Positions 26,870-37,531 of a stretch of DNA of 64,000 bases are shown here, piece after piece. Numbering within the stretch: position 1 is the stretch's first letter; each line of letters begins with the position of its first letter. Under the pieces are notes generated by a model. It was not told the origin of the DNA and did no database searches. It was given only the letters and a program-made list of their open reading frames with translations. A program made the translations under genes and the position numbers. Source of the stretch: Camelus ferus (lineage: Eukaryota); the NCBI RefSeq assembly GCF_009834535.1, contig NC_045697.1, forward strand, positions 27,902,001-27,966,000. Reading direction: 5' to 3'.

Positions 26870-26992
26870 AAACCCTACTGTGCAAACAAACCAGCTGGAT
26901 CTGGTTAAAATGCAGATTCTAATTCAATAGGTCGGGATGGAGCCTGAAAGCCTGCATTTTTAACAAGCTCTCAGGTGATACCGAGGCTGGAA
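26870..26992. mobile_element. MER5A-like hAT-Charlie DNA transposon fragment
   Basis: 'gttaaaatgcagattct...ggagcctga..gcctgcatttttaacaagctctcaggtgat'. Confidence 0.7.
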
Positions 26993-27369
26993 CTTTTAGC
27001 AATTCTCCATTGTTGTTGTTTTGATGTGGGCCAGGAATAAGAATTAGGCAGACCCGAAAAGTGGCCCCATTTTACCCTTTCGGAGGAAGTGAAGAGGGAG
27101 GGAAAAAAAAGAAAGAAAGAAACAACAGAAGAAAAAGAGTCAGCTTTCTTTGAACGTTCCCATCCCAGGAGCCTCCTGCAGTTCCATCCTCTGAAGAGTG
27201 ATGGATGTGGCAGGTGCCCCAGTCAAGGTGAGCTGTGGAGAAGGTCAGAGTAGATCCTCCCGGTACGTTCTTCGTCTGACACAAGGGCTCTTTAAAGAAC
27301 TAATTGCAGAACTTGCAAAACACCAAGTGGCCAGATGCTTCAGCATACACGCCATAGCTCCCCCACTAA

Positions 27370-27650
27370 AAGCCAAGTCAGGCCGAGAGTCCCTGGAAGC
27401 GGATTGGAGAGAGCCAACCAGAGAACTGAAGTAGTCGCCCGACCGGAAGAGACGCCGTGCTTCTGGTTACTCTTGTGTGCACAATGGGATCTATTTTAAT
27501 ACCGTGAACTTCCGCTTTCCGCCCCGGAAAGGCCCCTGGAGGGCAGCCAACCGAGTGAAACTGCTTCTAACCCGACTTCAGCGTGGCGCTGGCTTCAACG
27601 TTAGACGCTGCAAAAGGAGAAGTTGCAGTACAGCTGGTTCCCGCTATGCT
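27370..27650. promoter_or_regulatory. CpG-rich candidate enhancer/promoter with ETS motifs
   Basis: Local CpG cluster with ACCGGAAG (27442-27449), ACTTCCGC (27508-27515), CCGGAAA (27524-27530) and IRF-like GAGTGAAACT (27553-27562). Confidence 0.45.
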
Positions 27651-27651
27651 G

Positions 27652-27844
27652 ATTTCCTCTTTCTTTCCTTCTTTCTTTCTTTCTTTCTTTTCTTTTTCTT
27701 TTCTTTCTCATTCCTTTCTTTTCCTTCGGGAAAATGGAAGGGATAAGGGAGGAAGGAGGAAGGAATTGGGAAGAAGGCCTTTCCTTCCTTCCTTCCTTCC
27801 TTCCTTTCCTTTCCTTTCCTTTCCTTCCTTTCCTTCCTTTCTTT

Positions 27845-27879
<35 letters not shown>

Positions 27880-27988
27880 CTCTCTCTTCCTTTCTCTCTT
27901 CCTTTCTTTTCTTCCTTCCTTCCTTCCTTCTTTCCTTCCTTCCTTCCTTCCTTCCCTTCTTTCTCTCTTTCTTTCTTCTCTTTCTTTC
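27652..27988. repeat. Compound (CTTT)n/(CCTT)n polypyrimidine tract with an internal purine block
   Basis: Directly visible; purine-rich insert at ~27728-27777. Confidence 0.95.
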
Positions 27989-29554
27989 GTTTGCTGTGAT
28001 CTTCATATGTCATTTGTGTCCTTTTTATTTTCAGGCCTGAAGCTGGGTTTTAAGACAGAGATTTAAGAATTAAAAACAAATTTCTATCTATTCAGTTTTT
28101 ATTTATATTCGTTCAGTTTAAAGCTTATCCAGCTTCCTGCTTGTAAAGTCTACGGAAGAGGTCGGCTCTAAGTCTTTTCTAAGGTTCTGACAATGGAGTT
28201 AATTTCCCCTTCCATCCCGTCCTGGGCCTTCTTACTGGCAAACCTCCCCATCCAATTTGCATGAAAGATGCAGCAGGGTATCCTAGCTGAACCCAAACTG
28301 GAAGAAGAATTTGGCTGTTGGGGTGATGGTCACCCCTCTCCATTTATATGCATAAATTGACATGCATAGTAGGGGGAGAGTATTTGGAGAGTCACAAAGG
28401 AGGGGTGGGGAGGAGTACCGGAGGGGGTGGCAGGCTGTTTCATACTCTTTTGCCTCCTGGACTGGTTTGGGGCTCCCTGGAAGGGTAGGAGTGAGTACTA
28501 AACAAATGAATTTCATGAAAGACTCAATGAGACTTCGGATCCCAGCAGAGCAGCTTGGGAACTCTGAGATGTTGACGCCCAGTTTGGGTTTTTTTTTTTG
28601 TTTTTTTTTTTAAATCTTGCATAACATATGTAGTTCAACTATTTGTTTCGATTCTATAAACCACACACTTGGCTTGGAGGAGTTGATTTCCTGAACTTTT
28701 TAAAGAATAAAATATTTTAAATTTCTAACCCAAACTTCCTATATAAATTGTAAAAGCTAAGGAATATGATACAGTTTTATGGTCTTTGCGTAATTGTGAA
28801 TCCTGAACCGATCAGGTACAAAAACTGGAAAGAAAAACACAAATTTGCCCAATTGGCCAATTATACACAATTTCACCCTCATACATTTATTATTAAGCAT
28901 CAAACAATTCAGTGATTTTTCTTTAATTTTCAGAAGAATATTATAGAAAAGAGCCCAAAAGAATGTTTGACAATGTTTTAAAAATGAGCAGAAATTTATA
29001 TTTTCATGTTATAATAGTTACGGAAAAAATCCACCAGATCATTATTTTGATTATACATACTTACGGTACTATTTTTATTGGAATGAATATGCAGTGTTTT
29101 CTTCTTTCCTTAGTGCCTCTTTAATTAGGAGAGTTTCTGAGATTGTGTACATAGCCATAGTCACTTTTTATTAAAAAAAGTTGTAGAGAGAAAAAAAAAA
29201 GAAATACCAGAACTGGGCAATGAGTGGGCAAGGCAAACAGAAATCAATGTGCTCGTGAACATTTCTGTCCCATTTTCCCCTGTGGGCTAAGTTCTGCCCA
29301 AATTATCATTTCTCTACGTTTGGTCAGAATCCATCAATAAATAAGACTACATGAGAAAAAAAAAAAGTTGGCCGATGTTTTATAGATTTGGTAGTTTACA
29401 GTGTATATTTTTGTGCACCCAAATTAGTATTAAGTTGTGTTTTTGAAGGTTTATTTATCTAACAGGGTGATTTAATATGACATTAGATTTTAAATTATTA
29501 GTCATTTTTAGATAAACTATAAGCACTAGTGCAATTGTCATATATGTTTCCAGA

Positions 29555-30472
29555 TTTTTTATTGAGGTATGATTGACATATATCACACTAGTTTCAAGTG
29601 TACAGCATACTGATTCGGTATTCGTATATATTGCAAAATGATCACCACAGTAAGTCTAATTAACGTCTGTCACCATACACAGTTACAAAAAATTTTTTCT
29701 TGTGATGGGAATTTTTAAAATATACCCTTTTAACCACTTTCAAATATGCCATCCGGTATTATTAACTACAGTCACCATGCTGTATTACATCCCCATGACT
29801 TGCTTTATAACCAGAAATTTGTACCTTTTGATGCCCTTCACCCATTTCACCTACCCCCCACCCCTGCCTCTGGCAACCACCAATCTGTTTTCTTTATCTT
29901 TGAGCTTGGTTTTTGGGTTTGGTTTTGGTTTTGTTTTAGATTCAAAATGTAAGCAAGATCATGCCTGACTCTGCCTGACTTACTTCATTTAGTGCAGTGT
30001 CCTCAGGGTCTGTGCATGTTGTCACAAATGGCAAGATTTTATTCCTTTTTTGTGGCTGAACTGCATAGCCATTGCATATACACCACATTTTCTTTATTCA
30101 TTTACCCATCGATGGACACTTAAGTTACTTCCAATTTTGGCAATTGTAAATAGTGCTGCAATGAATAAGGGAGCACATGTGTCTTTTCAAATTAGTGTTT
30201 TGTTTTCTTCAAATAAATACCTGGGTGTGGGGTTGCTGGGTGGTATGGTAGTTCTATTTTTAATTTTTTGAGGACCCTCTATACTGTTTTCCATGGTGGC
30301 TGCACCAGTTTACATTTCCACCCACAGTTCACAAGTGTTCCCTTTCTCCACATCCTCACCACCACTTGCTGTTTGTGGTCCTTTTGATGATAGGCAGTCT
30401 AAAGTTGTAAGATGATATGTCATTGTGGTTTTGGTTTGCATTTATTTCCCTGGCGATTAGTGATGTTGAGCC
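29555..30472 (-). mobile_element. L1 3' end (ORF2 C-terminus and 3' UTR)
   Basis: 'tttttattgaggtatgattgacata...ctctggcaaccaccaatctg...gatggacacttaagtt...ggctgcaccagtttacatt...gattagtgatgttgagc'. Confidence 0.85.
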
Positions 30473-33392
30473 TGTTGATTTGGTGAGACTCTGGACCCTG
30501 GCTTTGCAGCTTTGGAATGGCGAGGTGTCGACACTCGGTTCTGAGGAGACAGATGTTGAACATACCCCGGCGTGGAACTCAGCGCGGCTCCTCACCTTGA
30601 GATAAATGGATCTGGGCTTATTGGAGGAAAGCACCCTTTGCATGAACATTAACACCATCTACAAGGCACCTCATTCAGCAATGTCAGTTGTGCAAAGCTC
30701 CTTCAAGGACCTTGAAAGGCCCCAGGTCTAGCCACTTGAGATAGCTGGAGTGGACCAGACTGGTGGCAGCAGATGGTGAGTGTAGTGACAGTGTGGGGGT
30801 GCGAGCACACGCCAGGCTCCTTGGGGTCTCATAGAAGTAGTCATGGGGACCAAGAATTCGGGGTCACTGATGTTCGTTGCCTTCTGTGTAGCCACGAGCA
30901 GTGAGGACTGGCAGCTTTGGGGTTACACACTAAATCATGATAATTGCTCTTATGCAACAAGATACCTTCATCCAAGAACTGGGTCTAACAGGAACAGTGG
31001 TTGGTTTCCAAGCTCTTGGGAGGCAGCATTCCAGACAAGATATGAAAGCAGGCCCTGTCATCAGACTGCCTTGGAGTTCTGGCATTTACCTGCCATAAAA
31101 TCTTAACTTTTTGGTACCTTGGGTACTTTGTCTGTTATATGAGAATAATAATAAAAATTTAATTCACAGACCTATGAGAATTAACAAGTAAAACTCATGA
31201 CAGCCTTAGAACAGTGACTGGCCATAGACACCCAAGAAGGGTCAGCAATTTGTTTTGTTGTACACGAGACCAGGATGCTTAAAACAGCATCACGGAGACT
31301 GAGTCAACTCTTTTCTAGAAATAAAAGAACCAGGAGGAGGTCAAGGGCTGATGGGTCTCTGGATCTCCTCAGGGCTAGTGAGTCTAGGAATCCAAAGAAG
31401 GCATTGGTCCTAGTGACAATCAGAGCTAACCTGGTCGAGATTCTTCCAGCATCTTTCTCTGGCTGGTTTTTGCTCCCAGAGCCAAAGGTACTGCTGCCAG
31501 GAAGTCAAATGCTTCAGGTCCTTAGGCTTAGAGACTTCCTGGGCACAACTAAAGATCTAGCTTCCTCCCTGGGGAGAACAGATGTTAATAATGCATGATG
31601 TAAAATAAGAGATGCCTCTTTTTCTTTAGTTTTTTTTTTTTTTTTTTTTAAATAAAAGCCATAGGAGGGACTTCCTATAACCTTAATAGCTTGGTACTGG
31701 GATTTGCCTGTTTCAATCTGTCAGACACATCAGTCTTAGCACTGAATCTCACATCACCCATTAGCACTTGAGACAAAATCTGTCTTGCTACCAATGACTT
31801 ATTTTGAAACTGAAATAAATTGTTGTGCCACCAAGAAAGAAGAAGCAGTGTAAGTTCTGGCTGCTAAGCCGGGATCTTCTCCTTCTCAGAGCTGCCTCGA
31901 GGGTGTGCAGAGCTGCAGGAAGAGATTTTTTTTTTTTTTTTTTTGTAGTACAGGGCTCCTGTCTGTATAAATAATCTGATTATTAAATGTCTCAAATGGT
32001 AAGGACTTACATGCAGTATAGTGACTTCTTCACGGAGACGGGTGGAGAAGAGTTACTTACACGTTGTTCCTCGTCTAATCGGCGCATCAGAAGGTTCTTT
32101 GTAGGGTCCAAGCATCATCTCTTTTGGTTCAAATCCAGAAACCATCTTTTCAGGCATTTTATTGTCCCATGCACTGTTCCTAGTTACTTTTGCACTTTCT
32201 ACCAGGAAGAATGGTAGCAGTGCTGTAATGAATCACAAGGACCATGGCTCTTCAGAACCTGTTTCCATTGAACAGTATAGATCTTTTTGTCTCCACAGGT
32301 CCCCAATAGCATGCCTGTAATGCTTGTTGTATTATTACTCATGATGCTGCAGCATCTGTCCATGGTCTGGGCAGTACCAGGCCCTAAGAGTGTAATCATC
32401 ATTACATACATGCCCTCAGGGAACTCCAGAGGCACGGAGACCCTTCAGAAAATTCAAGGAAGTCTCTCCATAAATCTGGGGGCAAGGGAAAGGGGAAGGG
32501 GCCTGAGGCATGGGCCATGGCAGAAGCATTATTAGTCCAGAACTTCCCCTTCTCCTCCTAAAAAGCAGATACAACAACCAGAACAGGACAGTGATGGGGG
32601 GTTGCGGGAAGGGCAGTTGGAGGAAAGAATCCGTAAAACCCATTTCTGGTGATTCATATAATCTGCAGACTCTGAAACAGTTCAGGGGCTGTCCTCAGCA
32701 AGCCCCTGGGGTGAAGCAGATCCCAACCAAAGGAAGTAAAGAGAGGAGCCAATGAGGGGGGCTGGGCAGGGGAAACCACTCAGTGACAGCTGGTCCCAGA
32801 GAATGTAAGCAAAAATACACTTATTGAAGGTGAAGAATACTCGCTGATGAGTAAAATCTGTGTGTCTGGTTTACAACAAACAACAAGGGCTGACACTGAC
32901 GTGGGTGGCCTTGGCTGCCTGCCGGCCTTCAGAAGAGGCCAGTCAATAAAGGGCCCACAAAGTATCCTTGGGAGTGGCTGTGTGCCAGGCATGTCTTGGG
33001 CAGAGGTGGAGACAACATCTGTGAGCAAACCACACAATATCTTTGCCCTAAAGGAGTTTGCATTCTAGTGGGGGAAGACAGAATAAGCAAGATAAATAGA
33101 AAAATCTTACAGTAATTTAGAAGGTGGCAAATGCCATGGAGAAATAATAAGCAAGGAAGGAGCATAATGCATGCTGCCATTTTCAACTCAGTCATCAGGA
33201 AGTCATCACTGGAATGGGATTAGGGCAAAGGTAATACTGACATGTTTTGGGGAAATGTGAATGAATTTAGAATCCACTTGATTGGATTTTCTTTCAAATA
33301 TTTCAAAAGAATTATTATTATAATTATTAGAATGTGCATGCATTTTTATTTACCCTTCAACTAGCATGGATACCACTAACAAGACACATTCT

Positions 33393-33938
33393 ATGTGTAG
33401 TTGAATGGATAAAGGAGATGTGGTATGTATATATATACAACGTATATGCATATAATGGAATATCACATAGCCATGAAAAAGACTGAAACCTTATCATTTG
33501 CAACAACATTGATGGACCTAGAGAGTATTATACTGAGTGAAATAGGTCAGACAAAGAAAAGCAAATGCTATTTGATTTCACTTATATGTGAAATCTGAAA
33601 AACGAAACAAACTAATAAGCAAAACAAAACAGAAACAGACTCATAGTTACAGAGAATTGGTGGTCACCAAGAAGGATGGGGATTGGGGGGAACAGATGAA
33701 ATAGGCAAAGGGAAGTTAAGAGGTACAAACTTCCAGCTATAAAATAAATAAGTCCCAGGGATGTAAATTGCACAGAGGAAACAGTAGCATTGCAATGACT
33801 CTGTATGTTGACGGCTGGTAACTGGTCTTATTATGATGACATTTCATAATGTATATAAACATTGAATCACTGTTGTACATCTGGAACTAATATAATATTG
33901 TAGTTAATTATAACTCAATAAAAAAAATTTTTTTTAAA
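33393..33938 (+). mobile_element. 5'-truncated L1 with TSD
   Basis: L1 3' UTR ('gaatggataaaggagatgtggta...tttgcaacaacat...gatggacctagagag'); TSD aagacacattct (33381-33392) / aagacacagtct (33939-33950). Confidence 0.85.
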
Positions 33939-35063
33939 AAGACACAGTCTGAAGGCAAGTACCTCTCATTGTAAAGAGAGACATGTCTGGGTGCTGTTAG
34001 GAGTTGTACTAGTCAGATGGCCCCACCTAGCCTTTCTAATATCAGCCCCAAACAGCCCCACCTTTGCCTTTGGACAACTGTTCTACAGCAACTCCATGGC
34101 CCCCTGTCCTTTCAGGGGAGCAGTGTGTCAGCAGCTGGCTGTTAAAACAGACGTCCAGGTGCAGGCCACCTTCTAATCCACAGCCATTGGCAGTTGTCCA
34201 CTGAGCTTGCCACCACCGGTGAGGACGTCAGGACACACTATCAGACCCACTCCCTCAAGTGGCTTTTCAAGAAGCCCCACAGAGGGCTGAGATCAATGCC
34301 AGCAGCACATGTTTCACAGCACAACAGGTGAAAAACAGAGCTAAAGGACCATGGAATGTTTCCCCAGCAGAGTACCAGTGATACAGCTGTCCTCACAACC
34401 TCCACAGGAAACCAGGTTCCCACTCATTCTCTGTCCTTTATGTAAAGAACACATTCTGGCTTGTGGACAAAGGGCGGCTCCTTTAGGAGAAACCTTCATT
34501 GGTGAGTTACTGATAGAACAAGAGCAAGTTGTTAGGAGTGTGAATCAGGTTGTACATGCAGGATGCTTTGGCCAGTGGGGAGAGACTGCAGACAGAGTCC
34601 AGATCTCAAATAATTGTGGGTGGTATAGGCAGGATATGCAAATGACCCAACCCAGGGCTCTGATTTTGAGAATGGAGATGAAACGGTGGAGATACTGAAG
34701 TCAAATGCAAAATGTAAAAGCTACCTGATGGCATGTGAAATTCATTTCCTCTTATTTGAGCCATAACAGTCAAAACCAAACAAATTTTTGGATGGTATCT
34801 CAGTTTCTGAGAAAGGAACAGTACAATGGTTTGATAGGAAGGAATTAGGGGTTGTCCAACTGCTGAAATAAGAAGTTGCTTTGAGCTAAGCCTAATGTGT
34901 TTTTTTTTTTTAATTCTTATCTTTTATTGAAGTGTAGCTGATTTAAAATGCTAGTTTCAGGTGTACAGCAAAGCGATTCAGTTATACATATACATACATA
35001 TATATTTTTTCAGTTATTTTTAAAATTGTAATAAAACATGTTTATTTTAAAAACTGTATTACT

Positions 35064-35187
35064 TGAAGGGATATAGCTCAGTGGTAGAGCACATGCTTGG
35101 CATGCACGAGATCCTAGGTTCAATTCCCAGTACTGACATTTAAAAAAATTTTTTAAATAAAAATAATGAAAACCATAAATTAAATAT
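35064..35187 (+). mobile_element. tRNA-derived SINE (camelid Vic-1-like)
   Basis: Pol III A box tagctcagtggtagagc, 'atgcttggcatgcacgag', B box ggttcaattcc, A-rich tail, TSD core tgtattact (35055-35063 / 35188-35196). Confidence 0.8.
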
Positions 35188-36640
35188 TGTATTACTAAAT
35201 GAGAATTCTACCAGGGAATAACTCAGTCCTGGGGACTTTAGGGCTAATGTTACCTTTTTGGTACTTTCCAAATTAATTCGTCTTTAAACGTTAGAGTCTC
35301 ACACTGAGTAATTTATGCAAGATTTACAGTATCTTCATACTGCGTCAGTCTGACTCCTCCAGAAGCCACGAATCACACTAATATCAGCAGCTGCTGAGAG
35401 CCTGGGGAGTAAGGCGTTCTCCCCATGCTCTGCGCTACTTCCCTGTGGTTTCCTTGGGTTCCCCCTTCTACCAGGCGGACCAAGGTTCACCAGGAAGAAG
35501 GAAGAGAGACACTCAGCCTCAAGGCTGCTGAATTCTAGCTCCTCTGAGTAGACTGGACACTGGCCAAGCGGAAGCATAACCTGGCTTCTAGATGGACACC
35601 CAGCCTTCTCCCTATATTCTCAGGCTGGCCATCTGCAGTACAGATTTTTTAATGACTACTTGTGTGAGGAATTCATGAGACCACAAACTGTAAGGAAATG
35701 AAGTAGATGCAGACCCCAATTTCAGCCTGCTTAGGAGACCGGTTTCATTGGGTCGAACGAGATGAAATAGACGTATATGTAAGTCAAGAGCAGCCAAATA
35801 TTCGCAAATTCACCTGATTCAAGCTGTGCTCCAGAATCCTTCAATTCTGGGCTCTCTGAATTCTCTTCCTGACTTTAGTCTGATTCTTATCTTCCTCTTC
35901 AGCTTCTCAGAATTTGCCTTCAAATTCCATTCTCTACAGAATGGAAGCCAGTTGAGTCCCTACCAAGTTCCTCTAGCTACCCCAACGTCCATTCCATAAA
36001 TATTCACTGAACACCTTCTCTGAACCAGGGACTGAGCAAACCGCTGCTGATACAAGGGCAGGGGCAGTCCATCCTAGCCTTTAAGGCACTCATAGAAGAA
36101 TGAGAAAGGCGTATTTTGTAAACACATATAATCAGTTTGGTGATAGACATATGTCCAAATTGTTATGGAGAATAGGGGGCATCAGGTTTGGGGGGAGAAA
36201 TGAGGAAGGTTTAAAATGAGTCAACATTTGGATTGTACCTGAAAGATTTGTTATTATGTAAGATTATGTAGGATTTCCTGAACAAACCAAGGCAGGAAAG
36301 GTATTACAAGCAGGTTGATGCCAAATTCTAGGGTCTAGGGACGTGAAAGGAGATGAACACTCTGGGAAAGGGCCAATAACTTGACAGGGCTCAGTGAGAG
36401 GACGCAAGGACGTCCGAGGTGACTGGTGTCAGATCTTAAAGGAGCGTGGCATTTTCTTTCTTTATCATGTGCGTGAGCTACAGAAATTTTCCTAGTCAGG
36501 GAAGTAACATGATGTTTGTTTCTGAAATATGATTTTCCTAAATTCAAGAGATCTTGTTTTCTTTCTATGACTTGTGAGACTGGAAGGGAAGACTCAAACA
36601 AAATGAGTAGGGTATATAGGCTTTAAAATTTATCTTTATT

Positions 36641-36943
36641 GAAAAACAACACAAATGAACTTATTTATAAAACAGAAAAGAGACTCATAGACATAGAAAA
36701 CAAACTTATGGTTACCAGTGAGGAAAGCGGGTGGGGAGGGATAAATTGGGAGTTTGGGATTAGCAGATACAAACTACTTATATACAGAATAAATAAACAA
36801 TAAGGTCCTACTGTATATCACAGGGGACTATATTCAATAGCTGTAATAACCTATAATGAAAAAGAATCTATGTATGTATAACTGAATCACTATGCTGTAC
36901 ACCAGAAACTAACACAACATTGTATATCATCTACTTCGATTTT
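36641..36943 (+). mobile_element. 5'-truncated artiodactyl-type L1 with TSD
   Basis: 'acaaatgaacttattta...gaaaacaaacttatggttacca...tgctgtacaccagaaactaacacaacattgta'; TSD aaaatttatctttatt (36625-36640) / aaaaattatctttatt (36944-36959). Confidence 0.85.
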
Positions 36944-36959
36944 AAAAATTATCTTTATT

Positions 36960-37500
36960 CTTTTCTCTTCTTACAAAAGAAATACAGATTCATTCAAAGA
37001 AAATCCAACATCACAGAAATATGCAAAATAGAAAGCAAATGCTTCCTATAATCCCACTTCTCAGACCCAAACCACTGTTAGGACACCAACGTACTGATAG
37101 ACTTCTTTAGACCCTTATTTCAGTGTATAAACCCACACATAATTTTCTCCATAACAGTAAATATATAGCCACTTCATTTTTAAAAGGCTGTATGATATTT
37201 GCCTTACACATTAATGTGCCATAATTTATTAAATCAATCCTTGCATTAATGTACCATATATTATTAAATCAATCCTTATTTTGTGGATATCTGAGCTGTT
37301 TCCAATTTTTCATGATTATAAACAACACTAGGACAAACACCATTTTTATATAAATGTTTGCAATGGGTGTTTCTGTAGGATACATTCTTAGAACTCCTTC
37401 AAGGAACTGACATGAAGGAATGGTAGTTTTTCATTTTAATAGATATTGCTAATTTCCACCATAAAGGTTGTTATCAATTTATATCCTAACAGGGTATGCA
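36960..37500 (-). mobile_element. Old L1ME-like 3' fragment forming the probable TLR10 3' UTR
   Basis: 'ataatcccac...ccactgtta...ccataatttattaaatcaatcc...gtttccaattttt...attataaacaac...ttgtaatcaatttatatcc'-like degenerate L1 text immediately after the TLR10 stop. Confidence 0.55.
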
Positions 37501-37531
37501 GTCCCCAGTTTCCCTATGGGATCATGGGATT

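Noticed and set aside
27583..28066. Lys/Glu/Arg-rich and Phe/Ser/Leu-rich ORFs
   Set aside because: Translations of the CTTT/CCTT microsatellite
30473..30920. Coding-looking sequence next to an L1, considered as a processed pseudogene or transduction
   Set aside because: Translations tried match no protein I recognise; no poly(A) or TSD found
35064..35140. tRNA gene
   Set aside because: A and B boxes are present, but the A-rich tail, TSD and a diverged second copy at 58088 indicate a SINE
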